From Chrysomallon squamiferum (taxonomy: Eukaryota > Animalia > Mollusca), in assembly GCA_012295275.1 (NCBI GenBank), contig CM022676.1, positions 18,042,001 through 18,106,000 of the forward strand: a stretch of 64,000 bases of DNA, in the 5' to 3' direction. Of this stretch, positions 40,746 through 57,900 are shown piece by piece. A program made the position numbers and the translations under genes. The notes under the pieces were generated by a model. The model searched no databases and was not told the origin of the DNA. It was given only the letters and a program-made list of their open reading frames with translations. How positions within the stretch are numbered: the stretch's first letter is position 1; each line of letters opens with the position of its first letter.

Positions 40746-41550
40746 AGTGTCACTTCTCAGGTTTGAATGTCAGATTAAAATAAACAAATCGTGTTACGAG
40801 ACATATACACTGATGTTAAAAGCATTCTTTCTTAAAGTACATTATATTAATTTAATGTAATTCTATTACTTTGCATTGTTTTTGTTTATGTTATAAAATG
40901 TATACAATAATAATAACACAACAACAACAACAATAATAATTATAATAATACTAATAATACTACTACTACTAATAATAATAATAATTCAAAAGAAAAAGGA
41001 AAAATAAGTGTAACTATTAGTTTAGAACTATATCGGTGCTAATTATGATCGGTAATTTCTTAGCAGCGAGTACTTTGTGTTTAACTATTCTACTGTTGAT
41101 CAATGAGATTAGATGTCAAAAAAAAAAAAAAAAATGAATAAAATACAATAAAATAAAATAAATATATAAATAAATAAATGGAATTAAATAAAGTAATAAG
41201 ATGGATACAAATCTGGCATTAGCTATTCATAGTTCATATGATTATATTAGAATAATGACGATTATAATAATACTGACGATGAAGACAACAACAATAATGG
41301 ATTTAGTTTAACACTACTAATAATAATAATCTCACAACAACGGCTGATACTCCTATGCTGCTACTACAACTACTGCTACAGCCACTTCTACTACTGAAAC
41401 TTCTACTATTAAACCTACTGCTACCATCACAAGTAGCACTAATATCATTATTATTACTACTGCCACAAATGTATTTATTTATATATTAGAGACACATTCA
41501 CATACGCACATATATATATATATAGTAATAATAATAACAACAACAACAAG

Positions 41551-41618
<68 letters not shown>

Positions 41619-42958
41619 TATATATACATACAGCAACAATAATAACAACAACAAAAACATTCAATTTTTTTTTTCAAATTTTATCGTGTGCATGTCTTAT
41701 TTCTCTGACGATACTGACCAGTCTATCAAGATACAGCTAACAAGTGACTGTTTGTTTCTTGTGTAGGTCAGATAAAAACAGTGTGTCACACGAGAACAAA
41801 GCTATAGCTGGGTGTTACTTACAACGATCTGACAAATTCATTGTTAATACAGTGTCTGCGCATAAGTGTAGAAATGAACAGAAAACGTGTGAAATTATTT
41901 AAACTGTGAGAAGATATAACATTTCAGTAACGACGATAAAGACAAACACAACAACAACCAAATTACTTCCAATAGACAAATAAACAAACAAACTCTTAAA
42001 TAGAAAATAATACAATTATACGAGTTAATATTAGTATTACGTTTTTATTGGCAAGTTGAATACACATGATTATAAATAAAACTTCGTTGTCTCAGAACAC
42101 ATTTTTCATGTCCGGGTGTACATTATATTTAATTCATGTCTATTTAGAAAACCTCACATCATAATGATCAGTGTCCTACCCACTTCTAGTTAAGTGATCT
42201 TATTTGTCTGTTATATCGAAACAAACGAACATATAAACATATTGGAAATAATTACAATGTCATGGTCAGTGTGTCACGTGTACATCAGTAGCAGCGAACA
42301 TCTTTTTATCTTTACCATTGTAGATGAAAACAAATGCACTAACATTTTATACACTGGTTGGAACATGTGATAGAAAAAGACGAATGCTACGTTAGATGAA
42401 AAAACGACAAAAATAAAAATTAAATAATAAAAAAAAATGAAAGAGGGAGGGAAGGAAGGACTGAACATATTTTATTTACTGATTTGTCTGCTGCTAAGGA
42501 CGGCTGAGATAAAAAAAAAGAGAATGTAGGTTTGTATATAAATATCTATGTATGTATGTATATACTCGTATTCGCATTCACCAAATTATTTGGATATTTA
42601 AAATGACAGTGTTAGTTTAGATTTTACAACATATAACATTCACAGACATTTCTATCAGCACGTAAAGCAATTAACTTAGTGTTCGATGTACGTTATACTG
42701 ATTTTGTTCTTATGATGTAAAACTCAATGAACTAAAACTGATAACATTAACAACCCCCTCAAAAAAAATTAATAATAATACGAATACTACTACTACTAGT
42801 ACTAATAACAACAGCACCAGCAATACGAACATCAAGGATAATTATAATTATAAAGAAATATATAAAATTAATAAATAATAACTAAAACTGGAAGGTATTG
42901 CATCACGATTTCAGAAAATGAAAGAAGAGCGTTAAAGCGACCTAGTAACCAAGTGTGC

Positions 42959-43141
<183 letters not shown>

Positions 43142-44332
43142 AAACAAAATGGAATTCTTACCAGGTTGTATATTTTCTAAGAAGGAGATGACAATCAGGC
43201 TGTGTTGCTGTGGAAACCAGGTTTCAGTTGTATGAGACAAACACACAAATACCTGATCTAATATACCCGCTTGAAGAGAACTTTGACCATCTCGTGACGG
43301 AGATAACAGTTAGCTGAGGTATGCCAGCTTGAAAACATGTCCTTATTTAGTAAGCTGATAATTACTTATGTCAGTTAAAAGGATTACTAATCAACAATAC
43401 ACTTTTATCTTTTCGCTTTAACATGAAATAAAACAGCCAGCTCCGGTTTTGTTTATATAACGGGTGCGGTGTGGTATTTTTATATTTACTTATCAGAACT
43501 ACTGTAACCTCTAGTATTACAACTACCACTACTACAATTATTAATACTACTAATACTGATGTTACTATTACTGCTATTACTAGTGCTATTACTGTTACAG
43601 CTGCTTTAACTATAATAGCTGTTATTATTGTTACCGCTACTCTTTTATAAATTCAAATTTCTTCATGGTATTTTATTCTTTAACAGTGACAGCTTCATTT
43701 GTATAATCTACTTATACTTAATTGTGTATGTTCAACTCGTTTATAACTAGGCTATAACTAAAACACGTGCTAGTGATAATTTGAGCTACTAATCTGTTTT
43801 GTGAACAGTAAAGTTTACTTGGCTGTTTAAAATGTATTACCTCCAGATAAGCTCAGTACGAAGCCAAAGTTCTGCACACGCACACTCACATGCACGCCAC
43901 ACACAAACAAAAACTAACACTTAGAAAAGATAAATAAATTTATTAATTAATTAGAACACATGATTGTGTTGGGATTCTGTAAAAGTTTTTTCAACAGATT
44001 TAATCTCAAATGATTTTATTTATTTATTTATTTATTTATTTATTATGATGATGACGATCATCATCATCGTCATCATCATCATCATACATATATTGTGAAA
44101 ATGACATTTTTGAGAAATTAAGAATTAACGACAACTGGAAACCACACACACACGTACAGACATACGCACAAAGAAGCACAAACTCACACACAAACATACA
44201 CACATATATATATACAGACTTACACACATACATACACAAACCCAGACATACGCACAGTGCCTTCTCTTTACACCTACCACCATATGTGAACAGATTCTTT
44301 TTCCATTTCTGTCCATATTATTATTATTATTA

Positions 44333-44381
<49 letters not shown>

Positions 44382-44392
44382 CGTTATCGTTA

Positions 44393-44441
<49 letters not shown>

Positions 44442-44828
44442 AATAAATCTTCTTTAATCATTGTTGTATTGAAGATAATACTTGGTACAGAGAAGGAAAA
44501 CACTTTGTTTATTCGATTAAAATACTTTAAAATATTTTAGACACAATTCGTTTAGTAGCACTAGTAGCAATGGTCGTCGTCGTCGTAGTAGTAGTAGTGG
44601 TTGTAGCGGTAGTAGTAGTCGTAGTAGTAATAAAAATATTAATAACAATTACTGTATGATAAACATTTTCTTCGACCCGTTTGAAACTTTGTTATCTCTG
44701 CTGAACTTGTTATTGACACATGAGTTAGTCATAACATCACCTGCTAATCTGCTTTGTCAAGTCTAAAGTTCGCTTAGTTGTCTACATTTATTAAATAGAG
44801 ATAAAGATTACTTTACTATAAAGTCAAC

Positions 44829-44882
<54 letters not shown>

Positions 44883-45056
44883 CAGATTTTCCCCTGTTGA
44901 ATAATAAATGAACAAATTAAGAAATTAAGAAACAAAGAAACAAATAACAAAAAAGTTAATAAATATGTAGAAGTAAAATCATCTAAATATTACTTTATTA
45001 GTATCTTTTATACAAAGCACACGCACGTGCAGACACACACGCAAACACACATATAG

Positions 45057-45112
<56 letters not shown>

Positions 45113-45834
45113 TATTTGGAAAGATCAGAAGACAATCACACATTACCACACGAGGTAAACCATTGTGTTATGTGGAGACGGATGTGGATGTACATAAATA
45201 TCTTTATCAACAGACACGTGCAGTCCATAAACATCTGAATATCAGTTCATATATAATCTCTTCATTTACCTAAAATGTGATTCACCTGGAGAAACATTTC
45301 AACAAGACACGAGGTGTCAGTGGAGAGGAGCAGAAATTAAAACTTGGATCACAAGACGTTCTCCCCAGTATCGCTGTCACATCTTAAACAGCGCGCAGCT
45401 TGATACCAGAGTTTTCTTCCAACACGTTTCTTCTAATATCTCCTTTGTTGACGAACACAACAGTCGCTGTTAGTTTTATTAAATAGTTAGTTAGTATTAC
45501 TGGCTACTGCTGTGATTACTACTAAGTTATATGTGTATTGTGTATCCGGCAAGGAGACAGGAGTGTGTGTGTGTGTGTGTGTGTGGACAAACACGCATGC
45601 ACACACACGCAGACACGAACACACATACACACATATATATCACAGTTACAGAACGGTTTGTTAGAAACCAACACAGCCACATCAATTCGTTGTGACACAA
45701 ACACACACGCGCACAGACACACATGCGCACACATACACACATACACACATATATATCACCGTTTGATATATGCTTTATTACAAACGCTTTGTTATAAACA
45801 AATACAGCCACATTAATTATTACAAGTTCGATGT

Positions 45835-46905
45835 TTCATCTAGATATCTGTTTGCTGTTTCGTTTCTTTCAGACTGTAGAGTTCTGTTTCGTCAGAGCTG
45901 TATGCTCATCTGATAAACTGTGATTAAATTCTTTATTTCCAACTGGTTGCATTTCAGAATATTTATTATTCTTATTTTTAACAGGCGTGTAAAGATTTGT
46001 GGGTTCCGGGGTGAGACGCCAATGTCAGATTCATCTTTTTCGTCTTCACTTTGTTCGCTTTCATTTAGTTCAGCTTTGTGCCTGTATTCCACAGTGCTTT
46101 GTCTTTCAAATCTATGTACATTTACGTGTATGTTATATATTTTTTTTTCAGATTTTCTGCTGGGTATTTCACTTGTTTTCGCCTCCTCGTTAGTTTCATA
46201 CACCTGACTTTTCTTCATTTTCCTTTCCTGTTTACTGCATTCTTCAATCTCATCTTTTACGTTTGTTTCTTCATCGATGTTTTAAACCTCCGTTTCTTGT
46301 CGCGTGTCTAATTTTCATTTTGTTCAGTATTTTCAGGATAATCCTTTATAAAACCATCGAAATTGTCATCTGTCAACCCGGATAACATTTTCACTATGTC
46401 TACGTCTGTTACGACGTTGTAAGTGTCTTCAGTATTGGCTTTTCACATAAGTCAGATTAAAAATATATGTAAATCACGTTCTGTTGAATTAACTTATCTT
46501 TGAAGTCACGTCAGAATATGGGTAATTCACCTACGTTTACGTTCACTGCTCATGGAAGTTACGTTAAAAGTATATATGTCTCGTAAGTTTATATTATCGC
46601 TTCATAGAAGTTATAACAAAAGTATATGTAGGCAGTGTATATAATGATAAAGTGGATTTATTGGTGGACGTATTTCTGATGTAAGTGAACATCAAATATT
46701 ATCTGAGTCCTTTCTCTTCATATGAACTGTTTAAATGTCTTGTTCAGAGAATGCAGGGTTATCATTTTGGGCTGAATGTAACCTCAAGTTCTTCATTCAG
46801 GGAAGCACACTTATTAATTATTTTATCTTTGGAGTCTTGTTCCTTTTTCCTTTCTCTATTCTGATTCATCCGGAGAATATATTGCATCTTACTTTTTGGT
46901 TACCT
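45835..46905 (-). pseudogene. Decayed charged low-complexity exon, inverted paralog of 13090-13785
   Basis: ORF 45892..46218 (MKKSQVYETNEEAK...) matches 13308 onward at the nucleotide level. Coding-like text continues to ~46900. Confidence 0.6.
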
Positions 46906-47054
46906 TACTTTCCTTATTTCACAAACAAGCAAATAAATAAAAATAATACAAATCTAAAGAAAAGTATTATAAAATAGTAACAAATAATTAAACAACAAAC
47001 AAACAAAATAAGAATAATAAGAATACATAATAGTAATAATAATAATAATAATAA

Positions 47055-47085
<31 letters not shown>

Positions 47086-47217
47086 GAAAGAAAGAAAATA
47101 GAAAGAAAGAAATTAAAATAAAAGAAAACATAAAATACAAATATTAAAATAAATAAATAAAATCGGAAAGGAAAACGGGGGAAAGAAAAATGAAATACTT
47201 ATATAGTTTGTAAGTAT

Positions 47218-47408
<191 letters not shown>

Positions 47409-47839
47409 AAACAATGTGAGACAGAATTAAAAATGATAATAAATAATAATAAAAAAAAAAAAAAAATATCTTATAGTCGCTTGGAAAATAAGACGCACGT
47501 ACGTATATATACAAATATGGGTGTATGTGTATGCTTGTTACTTGAAAGAATTTAATCTCTTACCATGATCTTCTGCTAAAGCTTGGAGCCCACTCCAGAA
47601 AGGTGTTGGCGATAATAATTGAAGGTGCACAAATGGCGGTTTGACAGAAGCCAAAGGTTTCAAAAAGTTTCACTACTGAGATATACTTACAGTTAAATAC
47701 ACCAATACTCACAAATTCATAAAATTGTTATATATATATTCACTGTTGTTACTTTCAATTCACAAAGCTGTTAGGTAACAGAAACACATCGGATGTTAAT
47801 GACTCGGTGTATTTGACTGTAAAGAGCATTGAATTGTAT

Positions 47840-47913
<74 letters not shown>

Positions 47914-48462
47914 GTCTGTCTGTCTGTAGATAAGGTTAACTTTGTACTGAAGTAAATTTGTTTATCTCCAGGTAAGAAAGGTGAAACAACGCAGTGAACT
48001 TTAATATTGACAAAACAGATTAGTAAGTCTCGTTTCGCTCACTCGTGTTTTAATAACAAGCAAACTGAACACAGATAACAATATATAATAAAGTTACAAT
48101 ATATAATATAGTTAGCTGTGGTATAAGTAATACTAATAGTAGTAGTTATAGTAGTAGTTATGGTAGTCGTAGTAATAGTCGTAGTAATGTTAGTTGTTAT
48201 AGTAGTCGTAGTCGTACTAGTAGTAGCTGTAGTATTAGTAGCAATATAAGTAGTTATAGCAGTAGTAATAATACTGATATTAGTAATAGTGGTAGTTGTA
48301 GTAGTAGCAGCAGCAGGAGTAATATTGGCACCTGTTGTGATAATCGCAGTAGTTGTAGTAATAATACAAGTGCTAGTGGTAGCAGTAGAAGCAGAAGTAT
48401 TATAACAGCTGTAGTAAAAGTAGCACTAGTAATAGTAGTTGCATTTTTATTATTTGCATTTG

Positions 48463-48525
<63 letters not shown>

Positions 48526-48843
48526 CATCATCATTGTTTGAATTTTATTTCAAATATATTAAATTGCGTTGAGCGATTCAATCAAATTTATCAATGCACC
48601 CTTATTAAATAACTGCATTTATTTGTATGTTCATTTGTTTACTTATCTTTTCTATGCTGCAATGTAAATATATGATTTAATCTCTCTCTCTCTAAAAAAA
48701 AAACAACAACAAAAAAACCTTTGGGCCAAAGATGAAGCACGCGCGCACTCAGACACACACACATTCACACACATACACACACATACACACACATACATAT
48801 TCTCACACATCCACATCCACACCCATACACACACATACACATA

Positions 48844-48883
<40 letters not shown>

Positions 48884-48894
48884 ACATACACACA

Positions 48895-48974
<80 letters not shown>

Positions 48975-49831
48975 TACACACATACACATACATTCACATA
49001 CACACATACATACACACGTACACATACATTCACATACACACATACATACACACATACACACGCACATACACACATATACACACACATACACACAAACACA
49101 AACACATACACACACACATACACACAGATACACATACACACACACACATACAGACCACCGCCACGTTAATTTTTGCGTACTGGTTTACATAAAATATTTG
49201 AAAATACATCAATTTAATAACCAAAGACAAGCTATTATTAAGGTTATTACGGTAGATTTTACATTTTGGTCATCTAACCTACTTAAAATATTTTGTTTCT
49301 TTAAGGTTGGAGCAAATTTTCGCAACTGAACACTGAGGCGATGTTTTTTTTTTTTTTTTTTTTTTTATTATTAGCCTTTTTGTTTTCCTAATTTCTTTTT
49401 ACATTTTAACCGGATTTGTGGAGTCTATGTAGACAGATAGATAACGTGTTTTCAGTTTAATTAGGAAGTTATTTTTTCTTACTAGATCAGTGATTCAGTA
49501 CTTTTATCATTTTTCGCGTTGGTTTACTTTTTATTAAGAACTATAATAAAAGTAATATTACTAATTTTCCTTGTCCTGCCACCACTACTACTTTCACTTT
49601 TGTTACTGTTTTTACTATTTTGTTGTTATTTATTTTTTGTTTATTTAATTATTTATTTGTTAACTTGTTTATTTATATATTTGTTAATATATAGATTATA
49701 CATTATATTTGCTTATTGTTTAGTAATATCTACATATGTATATTTAATATATTTCTATGTTCGTTTGTTTACTTATTTATCTTTTCTAATCGGGCGTGTA
49801 AATGTGTTATTTATTAAACTTTTGTACTATT

Positions 49832-49909
<78 letters not shown>

Positions 49910-50007
49910 AAGTTGACTTTATAATAAAGTAATCTTTATCTCAGGGTAATAAATTTTAGACAACTAAGCAAACTTTAGTGTTGAAAAATAGATTAGATTT
50001 CTCTCTA

Positions 50008-50544
50008 TCTCCTTTTAACTTAAACATGAGAATTGCAGTGATTCCTAAAACACAGATTAAAATAAATAGGTTTGGTTCGCATGAAGAACTCTGGTTTGTT
50101 ATGTTTGATGGTTACTTTTCATGTTCTCTTAAAGAAGATGACGCCATTACTTTCTCTGTCAACTAAAACGCTTTACTTCGCGGATTTCAGTTGTACGGTG
50201 AACGTGTACCACGAAACTACGACGTCAGCGCCTTCGTCACTGACACAACAACAGACGAAATACTGGACGGGTCTACACTGACACAGAGGTATGAAAACGT
50301 CGTGTCTGACGTGTATGACGTCGTGTTCAGAAGTCCAGTGAAGATTACTAAAGACACTGAGTACAGCTTGTTTGTTAATGTTAAGGGAGGAGACTCATGG
50401 TGGAGACATGAAGGAAAATCAGAAATTGTTGTAGACTCTTTTGTTTGTAGATTTTCTGAGTCACACAAATCTAAACACAGTGACAGAGAAGTTCGTGCAG
50501 TTGTGTATGACCGACAAATACCTGCTTTGTTATTTTTAGTGTAA
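50008..50544 (+). pseudogene. PHR-domain-only fragment of a second BTB-BACK-PHR paralog; nonsense codon at 50164-50166
   Basis: ORFs 49978..50166 and 50191..50544 share one frame, split by AAA>TAA. It aligns with 19792-20325, and homology continues through the 3' flank to ~50720. No BACK/BTB sequence upstream. Confidence 0.93.
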
Positions 50545-51670
50545 AAACAACATCGTTCAAATACTGTCACTTTTAGTCATCACTGGGCTAATATTTTTAT
50601 TTATTTATTTATTTATATTTGTTTCCATTTTGTATTTCTGATGACGTCATACACTTTATTTGAAAATTTCTAATGGACTGGCTTCTGTGAAACAGAGACG
50701 TGTATAATGTACATAAACAGCTCATTGCTTTATTTATTTATTAGAGATTGTTTATTAATTTAATGTATTGTTTAAACTGTTATACAATAAAAGAAATATA
50801 TTAATACATAAATGTGTTAGTTCTATATTCGAAAATTGTATTATATATACATCTATACATATATATTTTTTCTTTGTTCATCGATATGTTTTATTGTTGA
50901 AGATGTGTAAATATGTAGTATTTATTAGACACTAAGTGGTATTTTATTTTATTTTAAATATCAATGTACATTTTATATCGTTCAGTATTCACTAAACAAG
51001 ATTCAAAGAAACTTAATTATTTTGGTAATTATATGTTTTCCGTCATTGGCTGTGTATTTATTTTGTCTAAATTAATTCCCATGAAATACAAAGCATCTAT
51101 AAATGCCTAAATAAGATTAGTCTATATAAAATATTATAAATTATTGTTTAGATATTGTCACAAATAAAATAAAATAATGTTCCTTTTTTTCGTTTTAAAA
51201 CTGATATGAAGATAAATTATCTGTTTACTGTTTGTTAGACATGAACCTAAGGACTGCTATTTGATTCATTTGTCTGTTTTCTTTTATTTAGATTTATGTA
51301 AAATAAATATGCAAGTAAATTATATTATATACAATATTCATTAGACATAACATTAGCAGTTGTCAGTTTGTTTATACATAATATTATAATTTGTATTTAA
51401 TTTGTTAAAAATGTAAACACAAAATATAGAGGTATAGAAATAAATGTTTTAATTATATTTGTTTGGTTCATGTCATCTTTTTCTCTTCTATGTAGAAAGA
51501 ATAAATGGTGTCTTGAGAGAAATTCAAGAGAAAACCTTTAAAATAAAACTTTAAAAAAACTACAAAAATCACTGGTTGGATTGGGAAATAAACAATCTCA
51601 GATATTAAAGAAATTTAAAACTCTGTACGTCATGCCTCTCTCTCTGTGCAGTTCTTTTTTTATTATGATA

Positions 51671-51717
<47 letters not shown>

Positions 51718-52417
51718 CTTTGATTATTTATTTATTTATTTATTTCTGTTTTCTGTATATTTTGTTCCATATATTACAAAGATAGGTATTTGTGCTGAAC
51801 TAATGTTCTTATTACATACTGACAGTCAATGGTTCAATCCCTGTCAGTATCACTAAAATTTGTAGTGTTTTGTTAGAAGGACACAAGTCACTCTATGTAC
51901 GCTTTACTTCTGTGATAGACATTCCAGTCAGATGTAATATATGTCTGTCTCGGGCAGGTTAATAACGTAGTTCACTTTACTCTCGGCGTCTCCGACAAGG
52001 ATCCATGTATGCATATATATACACACATATATAATTATTATTGCAGTATAGTGCTTGAATAATTTCTCTCAACAATCACATAACGGTTATACAAAGAGAA
52101 GAGCACACACACACACACACATACTCACTCACACACACACACACACACACCCATGTAAGTAGTTACAAAGGTCCAGTCTGAACACTTACTGGAATCGTTC
52201 CACAGTTCACCTAAAAAAATAGAAATAAATAAATAAAAATAAAAAAGTTTAAAAAATCCGTTGTTTTATTTAAAAAGAAAAGGGACTCGCTTTATCTGGC
52301 AAAGCGGATTGAATCTTACCGCTAGATAACTCTCGCCAGATCATTCTGCCAAACAAAAGCTTGTAAAACCTATTGCTCCGCGGTTTATTTGGTAAATGCA
52401 GTGTAATTATTACATTG

Positions 52418-52468
<51 letters not shown>

Positions 52469-54730
52469 TATATATCCATATGTAATTAGTGTTGAAATAC
52501 ATGTCTACTACTGTTGCCATGAAAACGGAATATATGTACGTCATCTCAATTACATGTTTCATCCATCAGTAGAACATTGAAGAATCTGAAATGAGCTATT
52601 TAATACACTTTCAGAAACAAATAAAATAAACTTTTGGTTTGATTTGAATCATTAAAAGAAGATTATTTTGGTTACACAATCATTAATCCTGTCATGAACA
52701 AAGAAACTATCTGTAAAAGCAAATCAGGCTTCTCGACAAGCTCAGGTTTACTTTTATTGTGATTTTGGTGACACTGCGGCTTCACGACTAGGCTGATTAT
52801 TCCGATTTCTGCCGGGTTTTTTTTAAAGATGCGTATATGTTTTTAATTTATATATCGACTGCTTATGACTACTCTCTCTGTCTCTCTCTCTTTCTCTGTA
52901 GTATTATATATATATAATTCGGTAACGTTGTCTCTCTGAAACTAAACAGAGGACGTCTTTACAGATGTACTAAGTGGAGAGGTATTGTTGTTAATGAGAA
53001 TATTCACCAGAGTATCCTTACATTAAGTTACGTGTTGTGTAGGTTAAAGTCATGGTTCATAAAACGACAACTCTGTGCTTTATTTATTTGCCTTCTTACA
53101 ATAACATTATTTTAATCCTTAAGACACTCAGGTTCTCATTGATCAGTTCCCATCCCATAAATCTTATAGATATATATTACTACTGCTACTATTTCATACA
53201 TTTCTGCTGCTACTGTTATTTCTATCGCTATTACTATTTCATGTATTACCATTGATACTATTATTTCTTTTGCTATTACTGCTATTTCCTGTAATACTTC
53301 TGCTACTGTTGATTTTATTACCTTATGATCCAAACTATACATAAAAATATTCCTAACTCTTAAGAAATTTGTTCTCAAATAGATGAGAATGCAAGCTAAA
53401 AATAATAATAATTTGAAATATTTATTTGAATAAGAAAACAAAGATCAACATCAAAACTACTTTTTCTTGTGAAAAAGATAATTTATGAAAAGCTGTAGTA
53501 AATTCCGTAATCAAATATTTTGAAAAACTTTGTATAAAATATTTCTGAATTTTCAAATTAAAATTATTTAAAACGTTTCATAAGATTTTAAAGAGCTGAG
53601 AGTGCTATAAAACACAAAAGTACGAAGATTTCTGATTTGTCAATAAATGTATATTAATAAAATAAAAATATCATTTGGTTATAAACAAATTAAAAATTAA
53701 GAAACAACTTCACAGATAATGTAATCTGCAAATATTCATAAATAAATTTCTGAAGAATAAAACTTACAAAACACATTTCTTCTTCCACCTTATGTTTTTT
53801 ATTAACATCCTTTTTCTTTTTTTTTATAAATCTTTTCCAGAATTCTTCATATTCTTTTCTGTTTTACATTTGGATTATAACTAGATTATTAATTATAAAA
53901 AATAAATAAATAAATAAATTATTAAAAAGAATTATGTCCCTTGACCTATAAAATTTGCAGTAATTAAGGATTTTTAAGATTAGTCTTTTTTTTAAAAATA
54001 AATTATATTTCACAGACTTGACTGTACTTGGTGCTGTGTCTAGTACAAACATTCTGTGTACTGTCTACATCTCATTCTATCTTTCATGAACAACACTGTG
54101 ACTTTGAATCTAAATTCATATCACAATAGTATACATTCTTCAATAAGAACAGTCCATGATTCGCAGAAGTAATGTTTTAAAAAAAATATTTTGATGAGGA
54201 ACTTTCTAAAAACTTTCCATTTATTCAAACATTCAGATCCTTATATTTGTTATTGAGTTGGTTCATTTTCTGTTTTCTTACATCAGTATGATCAGCAAAC
54301 TTGAACTTGGAGGCAAATTTGACAAGTCTTTCTTTCATTTTCAAACCAAGGTCATGATAAAAAATAATAAAAAGACCTGAAGAAAAAGAAATGTAGAAGT
54401 TATAATAAAAATAAAAATATTATTCAGTGTTGTATAAATTATATTAATGTGGATTATTCAGTTTTTCACATGTAAACTGAAGTTTAGATATGATTCAAAT
54501 GATAGTAATAGAAAAAGTAAATACAAAATAAATAGTTTACTTAAAAATGTAAACGTGTCATTGATAACGTTATCATTCACTGGAAACAAAAACAAGGCAT
54601 TATTTAAATGTTAGCTAAGGTATTGACAGGGGACATCTGACTTTAACACAAGTTTTAATAAACAAAGTTTGAGGAATGGATCAAATAATTTTACTATATA
54701 GCATTCACATTTTTTACTAAGGTAACATTT

Positions 54731-54956
54731 AAATTGTTAACATGACTGTGTGTGTGTATTTCAGTTACTAAATCTAAATGTTAACATGACTGTATGTGTG
54801 TATTTCAGTTACTAAATCTAAATGTTAACATGACTATGTGTGTATTTCAGTTACTAAATCTAAATGTTAACATGATTCTATGTGTGTATTTCAGTTACTA
54901 AATCTAAATGTTAACATGACTGTATATGTGTATTTCAGTTACTAAATCTAAATGTA
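54731..54956. repeat. ~44-bp minisatellite, 5 units
   Basis: taaatgttaacatgactgtatgtgtgtatttcagttactaaatc repeated. Confidence 0.96.
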
Positions 54957-57900
54957 AGCTCTGTGTAACAAATTCACTCACTTTCTAATCAATGGCTGAC
55001 TTCTCACATCTGACTGGATGTTTCAGAGAAAATTCTTCCTCTGTTTTTGTTGTCAGCTCAGAGTAGTAGACTGTCTCCTGGGCTGATCTGACACTGGATT
55101 CGGAAAACACAAATTATTTATATTAATGATCCTGAAGGAATTTATAAAAAATAAAATAAGACAAAAACCTTTTTTTAAATAAAAAATAAAAATAATAATA
55201 CTAATATAATATAAAAATTAATTATGACTAAACAGCAAACAAATCATATCTGAAAATAATAATAAAAAATAACTATCTGCATATCTATTTATTTATATAT
55301 CTATAGTTAAAGCAAAAAAAATATATATATATGAAATAAACAATTTTAAGAAAGTGAATACAACTGTCTTTTAATCTGAATGTCTCACCTGAATTTATGT
55401 TCATATCATGTTCATCTTTTCACACTCAGTGCTTGAAAAATCCACATGTAATGAATGGTCAATTAATTCTGTTGTATTAATGAAAACAGCTGAGAAAGTA
55501 AACTTGTTTTCATGTGATCAGAGAAAACATGAACTTTTTTCTCCAGCACTGCTTCAGTACAGTCAATCTTCAGTAATAACACTGAAAATAAAAATAGCAT
55601 TTTAAATATTTTTAAAATACATTCCATTTAATTTAAACAAATATTAATAAGTATAACAACAACAAAAATAATAAATCAAAAACTTTATATATACATAAAA
55701 TAAAATAAATAAAAATAATTTTAAAGACCAAAAGACCAAATATATAAATAAATAGAAAATGTACATTAAAAAATAAATTCATGTGAAAACTAGGAGGTGT
55801 GTGTTGTCATGTGTACTGTTAATCTATAAAAAAAAAAATGAGTAGCTTATCTGTCAGTTGTGTTCTGTATCATTATCATATTAATGTTCCAATGTTTCAT
55901 ATCACACTCTTTAAAACCTGCTGCAATGACACCTGATGAATTGTCTCCCTTTTTTCTTAGTTCACGTGACAGTATTGGTCATCATGGAGCCTGTACCTGT
56001 CAGATATAGAACTGCTACCTGTACAAGATATTCATAATCCTTAAGTAATTTACAATTTATTAATTTCATAAAAAAAGAGAAAAGAAAAGAAAAGAAAAAA
56101 ACAATAAGTAAATAAAGAAGAAAAAAGAGTAATAATAGTAAAAACAAGCAGAAATATTATGCTAATATTAATGTATGATACTTTCTTTGATTTTGCTTCT
56201 GGAGAGAGAAAATGCATCAATTACCACAAAATGCTTAAATAAAAGTTTCTTTGTTTAACAATATAAAACAGTTCATTCACTGAAGGCAAGTTTGCATTTG
56301 TATGGTTATTAAAACAAAAAACTATTCGGTAATTTTGTAATATAATTTTCTAGTCATGATTTAAAATCATAAGCTTTTATATCATTTTATTTACATTGTT
56401 GTAAAATTACAGTAAACTGAATTTGAATAAACATTTTTTTAGTTAAAACATTAAAATTTTGATTTCTAATTAAATGAAATATCATTCCCTAAAAGAGAGG
56501 TAATACAGGGAACTATTACAACTCACTTTGCTGCAGAATTAGAAACACCATGACATCATTTCTAGGAAATCCACCCACATTTCCATTAACAAGGCCAGAG
56601 ATCTTTCTGTGACATCTTTGAAAAGACCAAGAGGGTTTCCAGGGATGTCCATATAATCAATGATTTCATTTGCCTAACTTCTGAGTTCCTATAGATGGAA
56701 AAGAAAATTAAAATATTCAGTATAATAACAAATTCAGTAATAATATGGAAATATTTTTACAGGCAAATAGGTTTGTTTCTCTAACATGAAATTATTTATA
56801 TTCTTGGATTAAAGTAATTTGTTAAACATGAAAGGTTTTTAGGTTGTTATGACTTTTTTCCCTTTGTAATTTTATGATTCTAACTTAAGTTAGAAAATGT
56901 ATATATATCTGCAATTGACTGTTAAGTTTTAATTTCAAGGAAGGGTATTTATCATCATTCAACGTTAAAAAAAGAAAATACAAACATAATATAGCTTTAA
57001 TTACAAAACAAGAACACACATAGATACAAGTTAACTATTTAACTTTCACTTTTCTTATAAATGTAATGAAAAGTAAGTGTAAATTAAAATATTCAATAGA
57101 ATAAACAAGTAAATAAATATTGAAATAAATAAAAGAAAAGCTAATATTATAATATACTGCACAAATAATTTAATATTTTTTTTTAAAATGAAGATTAAAA
57201 ATGTGTTTTTTGATATTTATAGAAGCTCAATTTTTGTATTGCAATAATACAACGTACTAGGGGTATAGGAGGTAGAGAAGGGTAAGGAATAAAGTAATAA
57301 CCATAACTAAGGAAGAAAGAAACAAGATCTGTTTCAAATCAAAGCAATTCAGTAACAGACGCAGTGACACAAAAAGATTAAATATAAAAACTATTGTTAA
57401 GACTGACATCTCCAAACAGGACAAACTGACCCAGGTTTATGACAACAACACTCATGAGACTGAATAAACCATCGGTTCATTTTACTGATATATTTGAGAA
57501 AAAACAGAATCATTCTTGTGAATTTACTATTTCTTTGCTGATATCTACATGTTGGAAGATCAACTAGGAGTGGCTGTTATTTCTCAACTAACAGAATTCA
57601 CCTGTAGTAACACCAGTGACACAAAACTGTTTGACAAGGTTTAGAAAATGAACAAAAATAAACTCATTATGACTATTATAAAATACTTCCAAACTGAAAA
57701 TGAGAAAACAACAACTTATAAATAAAGTAAAACAGTGCATCAGATAAACACTTTTGTAATATTTTTACACTGACTAACACATACTTGACCTGGGACAGTA
57801 ACATCAAGGACATTTCAGTATTGTTGCCTTATAAAATACCCCACTTGTTAGGGATGGTTCTGTATATAAAACAGCTGATCCATAAATCATTTTAAAAATT